Positions 1 through 10,011 of a stretch of DNA of 64,000 bases are shown piece by piece. This stretch comes from an uncultured Chitinophagales bacterium (GTDB taxonomy: Bacteria > Bacteroidota > Bacteroidia > Chitinophagales > S012-47). The stretch lies in the NCBI GenBank assembly GCA_964413685.1, contig CAYPSW010000002.1, positions 29,352-93,351 of the forward strand, in the 5' to 3' direction. The position numbers were made by a program, and so were the translations under genes. The first letter of the stretch is position 1. Each line of letters starts with the position of its first letter. Under the pieces are notes generated by a model. That model did not search any database and had not been told where the DNA came from. It saw only the letters and a list, made by a program, of their open reading frames with translations.

Positions 1-391
1 TTTGGCAGAAAAACGATGTTAAGCAAATATACTTATTTTAAGGTGTGCCTGCTGAGTTTGGATGTTGACATAAGGTTGAAATCTTAGTTGTTTTCCAATT
101 ATTTTAGTATTAGTCTTGACAAATGGCTTAATCAGGGCTATTTTTACACTTGTCTTATCGGTGTCCCCCCCTCTAGATAAGAAGTCCATTTAATCATAAA
201 ATACCTTACAATGAAAGTTGCATATCTACGTACCAAGGGGGTCTCAGCAAACGTGCGTTTTAACTCGGTTCAGACTCTGAAAGAATTATCTACACAAATC
301 AGGATTCAGTCATTATTGAACAATCCCGATTTATCAAAAACGCAAAAACAAACTTTGCTGAATATCCTTAAAAATCAGTAGGCTGAAGTAT

Positions 392-3300
392 TTATCCAAG
401 ATATGGTTTTAGCCATTTTTCTGTTTCTAATAAGCCTTCACCATATCGTTCAGCGTAATTCAATAATTGATCTTTTTGAATTTTACCCACACCAAAATAA
501 CGTGCTTCAGGATGCGCAAAATAGAATCCTGACACGCTTGCTGCCGGATGCATGGCCATTGAATCAGTGAGGCTGATTTCAGCATTCTTCTTTGCATCTA
601 GCATCTTAAATAATCGCTTCTTCAGCCGATGATCAGGACAAGCCGGATAGCCGGGTGCTGGTCGTATTCCTCTAAACCTTTCTTTTATCAAGTCTTCCGG
701 TTCGCTTACTTCGTTTTCTGCATAAGCCCATATCTTTTTTCTTACTTGCTCATGCATATATTCTGCCATAGCTTCTGCAAGCCGGTCGGCTAAGGCTTTT
801 AGCATAATCATGCTGTAATCATCATGATCTGTTTCAAATTTTATTAAAGCTTTTTCGATATCAAGGCCAGCTGTTACTGCAAAACCTCCAAGATAATCAA
901 TTAGTCCGCTGCTTAGCGGAGCGAGGTAGTCTGCAAGACAATGATTGTATGCCTTCGATTTCTTCAGGCTTTGTTGCCTGAGCATGGGCAAGCATATTGT
1001 ATCTCCCTTGCTTGTTTTGATAAATATATCATCACCCTGACTATTGGCTTCCCATATTTGAACAACAGCTTTCGTCCTGAGCCATTTTTCACCTTCTATT
1101 TTTTTGAGCATGTCCTGAGCATCTGCCATCAGTTTCTTAGCTTCTTCTCCCATTGTAGCATCATGTAGGATAGCAGGATATTTTCCTTTCATTTCCCAAA
1201 GGTGGAAGAAGGGTGTCCAATCGATATATTGAGTTAAGATATTGATAGGTATGTTATTATAAACAACAGGGTTAAGGGTACTTGGTGTAGTGATATTTCC
1301 TTTGTCTGAATCAAATTTGAATGCATTTGTCCTGGCTTCTTTCAGACTGATGTACTTAGTACCCAATTGCTTGTTGGCATAAGATTGGCGCATTTTAAGA
1401 TAGTCGTTATCAATACTTTTAGCATAAGATGTTGCTGCTTCGCCCATCAGGGATGAAGCTACTGATACTGATTTTGATGCATCCAGGACATGAATCACTG
1501 GATGAGCATAAGCAGGAGCAATTTTGACCGCAGTATGTAATTTGGAAGTGGTTGCTCCCCCTATTAAAAGGGGAATTGAAAAACCGGTTCTTTTCAATTC
1601 TCTGGCCACATGAACCATTTCATCGAGCGATGGTGTGATTAGACCACTTATGCCAATAATATCAACATTTTGATCTCGGGCAGCATCAAGAATTGTGGCT
1701 GAAGGCACCATAACACCAAGGTCAATCACCTCATAATTATTACAGCCCAATACTACACCCACAATATTTTTACCGATATCATGAACATCGCCTTTTACTG
1801 TTGCGAGCAAGATTTTTCCTGCTTTTTTGAAGTTGCCTTGTCTTCCTGCCTCAATATATGGTGTAAGTAATCCAACGGCTTTTTTCATCACCCTTGCACT
1901 TTTCACAACCTGAGGCAAAAACATTTTTCCCAAACCGAAGAGTTCGCCTACTTCATTCATACCTTCCATTAGCGGGCCTTCGATTACGTCCAATGCCTTA
2001 TCCAATTTTAGCCGGGCTTCTTCAACATCTTCTTCAATATATTCATCAATACCTTTTACCAGACTATAGGAAATCCTTTCTTCTAAGGGTTTTTCCCTCC
2101 ATGCTTGTTTGTTTGTTTGTACTTTTCCGTGCTGGCTAACATTTTCAGCAAAAGACACCAATCTTTCAGTAGCATCCGGCCTCCGGTTAAGTATAAGATC
2201 TTCCACTTTTTCAAGTAAGTCAGCTGGAATATCTTCATAAATTTGAATCATGCCTGCATTTACAATCCCCATATCCATTCCGGCTTGCACGGCATGATAG
2301 AGGAAGGCAGCGTTTATGGCTTCTCTGACGGTATTATTTCCTCTGAAAGCAAAGGAAAGATTTGACACACCTCCGCTTACTAATGTGCCGGGGAGATTTT
2401 CCTTAATCCATGATGTAGCCTTTAGGTAATCCACAGCATAATTATTATGCTCTTCAATTCCGGTACCAATTGAAAGTATATTTGGATCAAAAATTATATC
2501 CTCAGGAGGGAAATCTAATTGTCCGGTCAAAATTTCATAAGCTCGCTGGCATACTTGTATTCTTTTCTCAAAGGTTGATGCTTGCCCTGTTTCATCAAAT
2601 GCCATCACTACAACCGCTGCCCCGTAACGTTTAATCAGTCGGGCTTTTTCAATAAAAGCTGCTTCACCTTCTTTCAATGAGATTGAATTAACAATGCTTT
2701 TTCCCTGTAAGCACTTCAGGCCGTTTTCGAGTACAACCCACTGACTCGAATCAACCATAACTGGAACTTTAGCGATATCCGGTTCTGAAGCTATTAGGTT
2801 GAGGAAAGTTGTCATGACTTTTGATGAGTCAATCAAACCTTCATCCATATTCACATCAATAATTTGAGCACCGTTTTCAACCTGTTGTCTGGCAACAGAT
2901 AGGGCTTCGGTATAATTTTCTTCTTTTATTAAACGTTTGAAGCGGGCTGAACCTGATACATTAGTGCGCTCCCCAATATTGATAAAATTGCTTCCCTTAA
3001 AAATTTGTAATAGTTCAAGTCCGCTAAAAGCTGGGGTCACGTCCATTTTCGGGCAGATTCGGGGTTTAAAATTTTTTGCTACGTTAGCAATTGCCTTGAT
3101 ATGTTCTGGCGTGGTTCCGCAACATCCCCCGATGATGTTAATCCAGCCCTGCTTCATCCAGGTTTCTATTAATCTTGCCGTATCTGCTGCCTGCTCGTCA
3201 TATTCACCCAATTCATTAGGCAGACCGGCATTTGGATACGCATGAACATGGAAAGGCGTTTTTGCGGCTAATTCTCCAATAAATGCTCCCAATTGCTTTG

Positions 3301-4054
3301 CCCCAAAAGCGCAATTAAATCCGATGGAAAAAAGCGGTATGTGTGAAACTGCTGCAAGAAAGGCTTCAAGTGTTTGCCCTGATAAGGTTCTGCCGCTTTT
3401 ATCGGTAATGGTGCCCGAAAGCATAATCGGCAGGGAATTACCTGTTGATTCAAAAATATCGGTAATAGCAAATAATGCTGCCTTTGCATTAAGTGTGTCA
3501 AAAATTGTTTCGATTAATAGAATATCAACCCCGCCTGCTATTAAGCCCGATGCCTGTTCGTGATATGCATTTACCAATTCATCAAAAGTTACTGCTCTGG
3601 CTTCGGGCCGGTTTACATCTTGTGATAATGAAGCAGTTTTGTTTGTTGGGCCCATTGAGCCTGCCACAAAACGGGCTTTACCTGGATTTTTTATAGTGAA
3701 ACTATCAGCTGCTTTTCTGGCAATAAGTGCTGATGACTTATTTAATTCATAAACATAGGATTCCAGGCCATAATCAGTTTGTGAAATCCCATTAGCATTA
3801 AAAGTATTGGTCTCAATAATATCGGCCCCAGCTTTTAGATATGCTTCATGAATTGAACTAATGATATCAGGTCTTGTCAGGCTGAGTAAATCATTATTTC
3901 CTTTAAGATTTATCTTATGTTGTTCAAAGCGCTTACCGCGAAAATCATCTTCAGTTAACTGATGGTGCTGAATCATAGTCCCCATAGCTCCATCCATCAC
4001 GAGAATGCGCTTTTCGAGTTCCTTGTCAAGAGAATGTATCGATTGTTTTGTCAA
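392..4054 (-). CDS. metH: Cobalamin-dependent methionine synthase
   Basis: 1220-aa ORF. It has an N-terminal homocysteine-binding region ([10 protein letters not shown]), a pterin-binding module, and the B12-binding motifs DVHDIG (DxHxxG), SGL and GGA. The C-terminal reactivation domain is present. The TTG start at 4052-4054 gives an N-terminus collinear with E. coli MetH. A SAM-I riboswitch sits in the leader. Confidence 0.97.
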   Translation of the reverse strand: MTKQSIHSLDKELEKRILVMDGAMGTMIQHHQLTEDDFRGKRFEQHKINLKGNNDLLSLTRPDIISSIHEAYLKAGADIIETNTFNANGISQTDYGLESYVYELNKSSALIARKAADSFTIKNPGKARFVAGSMGPTNKTASLSQDVNRPEARAVTFDELVNAYHEQASGLIAGGVDILLIETIFDTLNAKAALFAITDIFESTGNSLPIMLSGTITDKSGRTLSGQTLEAFLAAVSHIPLFSIGFNCAFGAKQLGAFIGELAAKTPFHVHAYPNAGLPNELGEYDEQAADTARLIETWMKQGWINIIGGCCGTTPEHIKAIANVAKNFKPRICPKMDVTPAFSGLELLQIFKGSNFINIGERTNVSGSARFKRLIKEENYTEALSVARQQVENGAQIIDVNMDEGLIDSSKVMTTFLNLIASEPDIAKVPVMVDSSQWVVLENGLKCLQGKSIVNSISLKEGEAAFIEKARLIKRYGAAVVVMAFDETGQASTFEKRIQVCQRAYEILTGQLDFPPEDIIFDPNILSIGTGIEEHNNYAVDYLKATSWIKENLPGTLVSGGVSNLSFAFRGNNTVREAINAAFLYHAVQAGMDMGIVNAGMIQIYEDIPADLLEKVEDLILNRRPDATERLVSFAENVSQHGKVQTNKQAWREKPLEERISYSLVKGIDEYIEEDVEEARLKLDKALDVIEGPLMEGMNEVGELFGLGKMFLPQVVKSARVMKKAVGLLTPYIEAGRQGNFKKAGKILLATVKGDVHDIGKNIVGVVLGCNNYEVIDLGVMVPSATILDAARDQNVDIIGISGLITPSLDEMVHVARELKRTGFSIPLLIGGATTSKLHTAVKIAPAYAHPVIHVLDASKSVSVASSLMGEAATSYAKSIDNDYLKMRQSYANKQLGTKYISLKEARTNAFKFDSDKGNITTPSTLNPVVYNNIPINILTQYIDWTPFFHLWEMKGKYPAILHDATMGEEAKKLMADAQDMLKKIEGEKWLRTKAVVQIWEANSQGDDIFIKTSKGDTICLPMLRQQSLKKSKAYNHCLADYLAPLSSGLIDYLGGFAVTAGLDIEKALIKFETDHDDYSMIMLKALADRLAEAMAEYMHEQVRKKIWAYAENEVSEPEDLIKERFRGIRPAPGYPACPDHRLKKRLFKMLDAKKNAEISLTDSMAMHPAASVSGFYFAHPEARYFGVGKIQKDQLLNYAERYGEGLLETEKWLKPYLG

Positions 4055-4135
4055 GTCAATTATTTTGAATTCATCAAGAAGGAAAGTAAGTGGTCATTCA
4101 TCAACAGGGTATAATATGCTGAAATCTAAATTCCA

Positions 4136-4240
4136 CTTATCTTCCCCTATTATTTATAAGGGCAGGATTTGGCACCTTTCTAACAGATAGAAGGTTGCCA
4201 AGGTTTCATCGGGCCTAATCCCTCCGCCTTTCTCAATAAG
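4136..4240 (-). promoter_or_regulatory. SAM-I (S-box) riboswitch aptamer in the metH 5' leader
   Basis: The minus strand reads CUUAUUGAGAAAGGCGGAGGGAUUAGGCCCGAUGAAACCUUGGCAACCUUCUAUCUGUUAGAAAGGUGCCAAAUCCUGCCCUUAUAAAUAAUAGGGGAAGAUAAG. This contains the S-box core blocks GAGGGA, GGCCCGAUGAAACC, GGCAACC and AGGUGCCAA. P1 closes as CUUAU...AUAAG. The element lies 82 nt upstream of the metH start. Confidence 0.9.
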
Positions 4241-4363
4241 TAATTTAATCTTACAATGAACCGCTGTAAAGCTACTTGAAACTCTTGAATTAGTGAAACC
4301 TTAAGCAATATTAATGGAGAGGTCTTATCATATTTTGTTTCCTTTGTGTGGTTTTTCTTAATT

Positions 4364-5317
4364 ATGAAGGTTACTGAACATATAGCAAAAGCTAATTCAA
4401 CGAGAGTATCGTTTGAAATTTTACCGCCTTTAAAAGGGGGTAACATCCAGCAGGTTTTTAATATGCTTGATCCATTGATGGAATTCAAACCGCCTTTCAT
4501 TGATGTAACCTATCATCGCGAAGAATTTATTTATCAAAAGCGCCCTGGAGGATTTTACGAAAAAGTGGCTATCCGGAAACGCCCTGGAACGGTTGGTATA
4601 TGCGCAGGTATCATAAATCGTTACAGTATTGATGCTATTCCCCACTTAATTTGTGGTGGATTTACAAAGAATGAAACTGAAAACGCTTTAATTGATCTAA
4701 GTTTTTTAGGCGTAAACAATGTGCTTGCCCTGCGTGGAGATGTTAGGAAACCGGATGACAATTTCATTTCAGAGCCAGACGGGCATACTCATGCAGTAGA
4801 TTTGGTCAGGCAGATTGAAGATATGAACCGTGGAAAGTTTTTGCATGAGGAGACTATTCATAATGGGCATGCAGATTTTTGTATAGGCGTGGCGGGCTAT
4901 CCAGAGAAACATTTTGAAGCTCCGAATTTGAAATCTGATATTAATTTTCTTAAAGAAAAAGTTGATGCAGGAGCAGATTATATTGTGACTCAGATGTTTT
5001 TTGATAATCAAAAATATTTTGATTTTGCTCAACAGTGCAGAAAAGCAGGAATTAATGTTCCGATTATTCCGGGATTAAAACCACTCACCCGAAAATCACA
5101 ATTAAATACATTACCAAGTACTTTTCACGTAAATATTCCTAATGATCTTTATGAAGCTGCTTCAGTCTGTAATAGCGATAAAGCCATAAGACAAGTAGGT
5201 ATAGAATGGGCTGTTATGCAAAGTCGGGAACTCATTAATGCCAATGTTCCAATCCTTCATTATTATACTTTGAGCAATGTTAAAACAGTAGCCAGCATTG
5301 TTTCACAAGTTTTCTGA
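4364..5317 (+). CDS. metF: 5,10-methylenetetrahydrofolate reductase
   Basis: MetF-like sequence (SFEILPP, DVTYH, ALRGD, GYPEKH, TQMFFD). The ATG at 4364 (MKVTEH...) is preferred over the upstream alternative start at 4346. The gene is divergent from metH. Confidence 0.92.
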   Translation: MKVTEHIAKANSTRVSFEILPPLKGGNIQQVFNMLDPLMEFKPPFIDVTYHREEFIYQKRPGGFYEKVAIRKRPGTVGICAGIINRYSIDAIPHLICGGFTKNETENALIDLSFLGVNNVLALRGDVRKPDDNFISEPDGHTHAVDLVRQIEDMNRGKFLHEETIHNGHADFCIGVAGYPEKHFEAPNLKSDINFLKEKVDAGADYIVTQMFFDNQKYFDFAQQCRKAGINVPIIPGLKPLTRKSQLNTLPSTFHVNIPNDLYEAASVCNSDKAIRQVGIEWAVMQSRELINANVPILHYYTLSNVKTVASIVSQVF

Positions 5318-6121
5318 TTCTGGCAACCATTCTATTTCTTTCAGTCCGAATACATGAAAGTCTTGATCAATTTTCATTTGAAGTTTTCCTTCATTCGTTA
5401 CACCGACTATTTTTCCATGAACCAATTTTCCTTGCCATTTGTAAACCCTCATTTTCTCGAATCCAATCAAATGTCTGAGATAATCTTGCTTTAATTCTCC
5501 GAAAGCATTTTCTTTTAACTTTTCATAAACCGCCAAAATATGCGAAAGCACATTATGTAGAATTTCATTGAGCGGAAAAGTTTTGTTTTCAAGCGATGAT
5601 AAACTGGCAGCTAAAGGCAGTGAGTTTGGAAAACTTTGTTGATTTATATTTAAACCAATTCCTGCAATGCAATAATTAATCTTTTGCCCTGTAATAATTT
5701 GTTCAATGAGTATGCCACCCACTTTTCTATTTTTCAAAATCAAATCATTAGGCCACTTAATCAATACCGTATTAGCGGAATATTCGTTTAAAGCGTTCGC
5801 ACAAGCCAAGGCTAAAGCTATATTCAGGTAGAATTGCTTTTCAATGGTAATGAAATCAGGGCACAAAACAATACTCATCAGCAGATTTTGCCTTGTTTCT
5901 GAAATCCAGCAACTGCCATATTGACCTTTTCCGGCCAGCTGTTCGGAGGTAATTATGACAGTCTTATCTTTTAACTTTTTTTCAGCTATTAATCTTTTCG
6001 CCTCTTCATTGGTTGAATCAAGCCGATTATGTCTGATGATAGTAATGTCGTTAATTTCAGGATGTATTTTACTAAACAAAAGCTTTTGTACATTTACCCG
6101 TAAATCTAATCTATCGAACAA
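5303..6121 (-). CDS. birA: Biotin--[acetyl-CoA-carboxylase] ligase
   Basis: 272 aa. Contains DSTN and GKGQYGSCW, a variant of the GRGRxGRxW biotin-binding loop, and a C-terminal SH3-like tail. The predicted start is TTG. Confidence 0.85.
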   Translation of the reverse strand: MFDRLDLRVNVQKLLFSKIHPEINDITIIRHNRLDSTNEEAKRLIAEKKLKDKTVIITSEQLAGKGQYGSCWISETRQNLLMSIVLCPDFITIEKQFYLNIALALACANALNEYSANTVLIKWPNDLILKNRKVGGILIEQIITGQKINYCIAGIGLNINQQSFPNSLPLAASLSSLENKTFPLNEILHNVLSHILAVYEKLKENAFGELKQDYLRHLIGFEKMRVYKWQGKLVHGKIVGVTNEGKLQMKIDQDFHVFGLKEIEWLPESENL

Positions 6122-6138
6122 AAATACTTAGGCATAAT

Positions 6139-6531
6139 TTGAATCCAAAGAAAAAACCTGCAAAACATTCAATTTCAGATTCGGAAGTCTTACGAAATAT
6201 AATCATTGAAAGTATTAGACACAAAAAAGGAGAGGTCATTGTCAGCCTTAATCTGAAAAAAATTAGAGAGGCAGTCACAAATTATTTTATTGTATGTGAA
6301 GCATCATCTTCTGTTCAGGTCAAAGCGATAGCTGAACAGGTTTTGAAAAGCGTTAATGAAAATGCAATCAATACCCCGTCACATGTGGAAGGTCTTAAGA
6401 ACATGGAATGGGTTTTGATTGATTTTTTCGACATTGTGGTTCATATATTTTTGAAAGAAACCCGCGCTCTTTACCGTTTGGAACTATTGTGGTCTGATGC
6501 TGATTTAGAAAACTACGATGATGTAAAGTAA
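6139..6531 (+). CDS. rsfS: Ribosome silencing factor RsfS (iojap family)
   Basis: 130 aa with the RsfS pattern (KKGEVIVSLNL..., NYFIVCEA, WVLIDFFDIVVHIF). It sits immediately upstream of ftsH. The start is TTG. Confidence 0.85.
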   Translation: MNPKKKPAKHSISDSEVLRNIIIESIRHKKGEVIVSLNLKKIREAVTNYFIVCEASSSVQVKAIAEQVLKSVNENAINTPSHVEGLKNMEWVLIDFFDIVVHIFLKETRALYRLELLWSDADLENYDDVK

Positions 6532-6567
6532 ACCCTTTGGGCATAAGTAAAAAAATGATATAAATAC

Positions 6568-8598
6568 ATGGCAAATAATCCGAAAAATCAGGGTGAAACA
6601 AACCCGAAAGGAAAGGGACGAAGCAAGTTTAGTTTTTATTGGATATATGGAATCGTATTGCTTGGTCTTCTGGGGCTTCAATTCTTAAATTTTAATTCAG
6701 CTGAAGATATCTCTCAAAAGAGATTTGAGCAAGATATGCTAGCTACGCATGAGGTTGAAAAAATTGAAGTTGTTAATGGCAAGCATGTCCAGATATTTAT
6801 TACTCCTGAGGCATTAAAACAGGATAAGTACAAAGATGTTAGAAGCAAACGTTTTGGCGGTGGCTCAAATTCTGGTCCTCATTATCAATTTGAAATTCTT
6901 GATCCCGGTGAGTTTAAATCGGAAATGAATGAATTTCAGAAGGATTGGAGTGATGATGAAAAAATAGAAATCTATGCTGTTACAAAAACCGATTGGACAG
7001 GCCAGATATTAAGCTGGGTGCTTCCAATACTTATCATTGTTGCCATTTGGATTTTTATCATGAGGCGGGTTAGCTCCGGAGGGGGGGTTGGCGGTGCCGG
7101 AGGTCAGATATTTAATATCGGTAAATCGAAGGCAAGTTTATATGACAAAAACACGCAGGTTGAAGTAACATTTGATGATGTTGCCGGCCTTGAAGAAGCT
7201 AAAGAAGAGGTAGTGGAGGTGGTTGATTTTCTTAAACATCCGGAGAAATATACTGCTCTTGGAGGCAAAATTCCGAAAGGTGTCTTACTCGTAGGCCCTC
7301 CCGGAACAGGAAAAACATTAATTGCAAAAGCCATGGCAGGCGAAGCGAGAGTTCCGTTTTTTACTATTTCGGGTTCTGACTTTGTCGAAATGTTTGTAGG
7401 CGTTGGTGCCTCAAGGGTTCGGGATTTATTTAAACAAGCTCGCGAAAAGGCACCTTGTATCATTTTTATCGATGAGATAGATGCTATTGGTAGAGCTCGT
7501 GGCAAACAACTTATACAGGGCAATGATGAACGGGAAAACACATTAAATCAACTCTTGGTAGAAATGGACGGTTTCAGTACCGATAAAGGGGTCATCATTG
7601 TTGCAGCTACTAACAGACCCGATATTTTGGATATCGCTTTACTTCGCCCCGGTCGATTCGATCGGACTATTGCTATTGACAAACCTGACTTGAAAGCCCG
7701 GGAGGAAATTTTCAAAGTTCATATTAAGTCAATTAAAATTGGCAAAGAGGTTACTCCTGAAAAACTGGCACAGCAAACGCCCGGGTTTGTGGGTGCAGAT
7801 ATTACCAACATCTGCAATGAAGCTGCATTAATTGCTGCCAGAAAAGAGAAGAAAGCAGTGGATATGATAGACTTTCAAGACGCGATTGACAGAAGTATCG
7901 GAGGATTGGAAAGAAAGAATAAATTGATTTCTCCTGATGAAAAGAAAATCATTGCCAATCATGAAGCCGGCCATGCCATTTGCGGATGGTTTCTTCCTCA
8001 TGCTGATCCGCTGGTTAAAGTTTCTATTGTCCCACGAGGTGTAGCGGCATTAGGATATGCACAATATCTTCCTAAGGAACAATATCTCATGAATATTGAG
8101 CAACTTGAAGATCAGATTTGTAAAATATTGGGAGGCCGCGCGGCTGAAGAATTGATCTTTGGTAGAATATCAACCGGAGCTCAAAATGATCTCGATCAGG
8201 TGACCAAGATAGCCTATGGAATGGTAACAGTTTATGGCATGAATGAAAAAATCGGAAATGTATCTTTCTTGGATATGCAGAATGAGTATGGATTTAGCAA
8301 ACCTTATTCGGATGAAACAGCTTTTATTATTGACCAGGAAGTTAAGAAGATGATTGGAAAGCAATATCAGCGTGCTTTGGATTTGCTGTTAGATAAGAAA
8401 GCTGATTTGAAAAAATTAGCTAATGCATTGCTTGATAAAGAAGTTTTATTCCAGGATGACCTTATTGCTATGATAGGTCCACCGCCTAAAGGCAAAAAAA
8501 TTGCTATGCCTGAATTACTTGATAAAAAAGATGAGATTGCAGTAGAGGATCCCGTTGTTGATCTGGAGAAGCCTGAAGAGGAGGATATAAAGGACTAA
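6568..8598 (+). CDS. ftsH: ATP-dependent zinc metalloprotease FtsH
   Basis: Two N-terminal transmembrane segments, Walker A GPPGTGKT, Walker B IIFIDEID, a second region of homology, and the HEAGHA zinc motif. Confidence 0.97.
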   Translation: MANNPKNQGETNPKGKGRSKFSFYWIYGIVLLGLLGLQFLNFNSAEDISQKRFEQDMLATHEVEKIEVVNGKHVQIFITPEALKQDKYKDVRSKRFGGGSNSGPHYQFEILDPGEFKSEMNEFQKDWSDDEKIEIYAVTKTDWTGQILSWVLPILIIVAIWIFIMRRVSSGGGVGGAGGQIFNIGKSKASLYDKNTQVEVTFDDVAGLEEAKEEVVEVVDFLKHPEKYTALGGKIPKGVLLVGPPGTGKTLIAKAMAGEARVPFFTISGSDFVEMFVGVGASRVRDLFKQAREKAPCIIFIDEIDAIGRARGKQLIQGNDERENTLNQLLVEMDGFSTDKGVIIVAATNRPDILDIALLRPGRFDRTIAIDKPDLKAREEIFKVHIKSIKIGKEVTPEKLAQQTPGFVGADITNICNEAALIAARKEKKAVDMIDFQDAIDRSIGGLERKNKLISPDEKKIIANHEAGHAICGWFLPHADPLVKVSIVPRGVAALGYAQYLPKEQYLMNIEQLEDQICKILGGRAAEELIFGRISTGAQNDLDQVTKIAYGMVTVYGMNEKIGNVSFLDMQNEYGFSKPYSDETAFIIDQEVKKMIGKQYQRALDLLLDKKADLKKLANALLDKEVLFQDDLIAMIGPPPKGKKIAMPELLDKKDEIAVEDPVVDLEKPEEEDIKD

Positions 8599-8602
8599 GA
8601 TC

Positions 8603-9250
8603 ATGAATCCAGACAACAGCTCAAAAGGCATCATCCTTGGCCGTATCCGAAAGGCATTAATTAAAAAAAGGGCATTACCCGATCACGTAGCAGAAAATAA
8701 TTTACAATCAATCTATAGGGCTGAAAACGAATCTCTTGACGTGGTTTTCGCTAAAAATTTTACTGAACTCCAAGGGAAGTTTGTTTATTGTGAAAATCAT
8801 CAACAACTCATTGATAAGCTCAAACAATTAAGCGAAGCGCGCAAGTGGAACCATTTGTTTTGCTGGGATTTGAAGTTACAGGAATTGTTTGTGATGCACC
8901 AATTTAAAAAGATGAGAATTGGCCGTAGTTTGGATAAAGCAGATGCCGGGATCACAAGTTGTGAATGCCTCATTGCCAGAACCGGTACGGTGTTATTGAG
9001 CTCAGCAGGAGAATCAGGCAGGGCTTTATCAATTTTTCCAGCAGTTCACATCGTAATTGCTAAGGCATCGCAAATAGTATTTGATATTGAGGATGCATTA
9101 GAAATGTTGACAAAAAAGTATGATGGCCATTTACCGTCAATGATAAATCTTGAAACAGGCCCGAGCCGTACAGCCGATATAGAAAAAACGCTGGTTCTCG
9201 GTGCTCACGGACCAAAGGAAGTTTACGTATTTTTGATTGATAACCAATAA
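8603..9250 (+). CDS. LUD-domain (LutC/YkgG-like) protein
   Basis: 215 aa. The size and C-terminal pattern (AGITSCECLIARTGT, SRTADIE) fit the LutC/DUF162 fold. This is a family-level call only. Confidence 0.7.
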   Translation: MNPDNSSKGIILGRIRKALIKKRALPDHVAENNLQSIYRAENESLDVVFAKNFTELQGKFVYCENHQQLIDKLKQLSEARKWNHLFCWDLKLQELFVMHQFKKMRIGRSLDKADAGITSCECLIARTGTVLLSSAGESGRALSIFPAVHIVIAKASQIVFDIEDALEMLTKKYDGHLPSMINLETGPSRTADIEKTLVLGAHGPKEVYVFLIDNQ

Positions 9251-9258
9251 GGTTTATC

Positions 9259-10011
9259 GTGCCTGAAAGAAAGCAAATCTATTTCGCATCTGATTTTCAT
9301 CTGGGTATTCCAAACCATACAGCTAGTTTGCAACGCGAAAAAAAAATTGTAAGTTGGCTTCAATCTATTCACTCCGATGCTACGGAAATTTATCTTTTAG
9401 GCGATATTTTTGATTTCTGGTGGGAATACAAAAAAGTGATTCCGAAAGGATTTGTCAGGTTGCAAGGGAAGCTTGCAGAAATATGTGATTCAGGCATTCC
9501 TGTACATTACTTTCTGGGTAATCATGATCAATGGCAAAACACTTATTTCACTGATGAAATAGGCCTGATTATTCATCATCATCCTATTGAAAAAGAGATT
9601 TTGGGAAAACAATTTTTTATCGGACATGGTGATGGTTTAGGACCCGGTGATCGGGGATACAAAGTATTGAAGAGACTGTTTCATTCTTCAATAGCCAGAT
9701 GGCTTTTTACAAGATTACATCCAAATTCTGCACTTTATCTCGCTCATAAATGGTCAAAAAAATCCAGATATGCTCATGGAGGCGATGTATTGCCTTTCAG
9801 CTCGGCAGAGGATGAATGGCTGTTTCGGTTCTGTCAAAGCAAGCTTCAACAACAATATTTTGATTATTTCGTTTTCGGACATCGGCATATACCGCTTAAT
9901 CTTCCCCTAAATCAGGGTAGCCGATATATTAATCTGGGAGATTGGATTCAGCATTTCTCTTACGCAAAATTTGATGGTGAAAATATGGCAATTCATTCTT
10001 TTAACGCTTAA
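9259..10011 (+). CDS. lpxH: UDP-2,3-diacylglucosamine diphosphatase (LpxH-type metallophosphoesterase)
   Basis: Calcineurin-like motifs SDFHLG, GDIFDFW, GNHD and GHGD in the LpxH order. About 250 aa. GTG start. Confidence 0.8.
   Translation: MPERKQIYFASDFHLGIPNHTASLQREKKIVSWLQSIHSDATEIYLLGDIFDFWWEYKKVIPKGFVRLQGKLAEICDSGIPVHYFLGNHDQWQNTYFTDEIGLIIHHHPIEKEILGKQFFIGHGDGLGPGDRGYKVLKRLFHSSIARWLFTRLHPNSALYLAHKWSKKSRYAHGGDVLPFSSAEDEWLFRFCQSKLQQQYFDYFVFGHRHIPLNLPLNQGSRYINLGDWIQHFSYAKFDGENMAIHSFNA

Noticed and set aside
154-181. CTTATC...GATAAG inverted repeat resembling the P1 stem of a SAM-I riboswitch
   Set aside because: Only 16 nt lie between the arms. None of the S-box core blocks (GAGGGA, GGCCCGAUGAAACC, GGUGCCAA) is present, so it is not a second riboswitch.
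4180-4500. 106-aa minus-strand ORF and 61-aa plus-strand ORF (4005-4190) in the metH-metF intergenic region
   Set aside because: They run through the SAM-I riboswitch and the metF start region. They have no protein-like features, and the RNA element explains the sequence conservation pattern better.
7081-7087. G7 homopolymer inside ftsH as a possible phase-variation tract
   Set aside because: It encodes part of the Gly-rich linker ([11 protein letters not shown]) that is normal for FtsH after TM2. Phase variation of an essential gene is implausible.
7104-7541. 145-aa ORF antisense to ftsH
   Set aside because: It lies fully inside a strongly supported essential gene on the opposite strand. 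Its Ser/Pro/Thr-rich low-complexity translation is typical of antisense frames. The same reasoning applies to the ORFs at 941-1168, 1894-2139, 2937-3245, 3268-3696 and 8170-8364.
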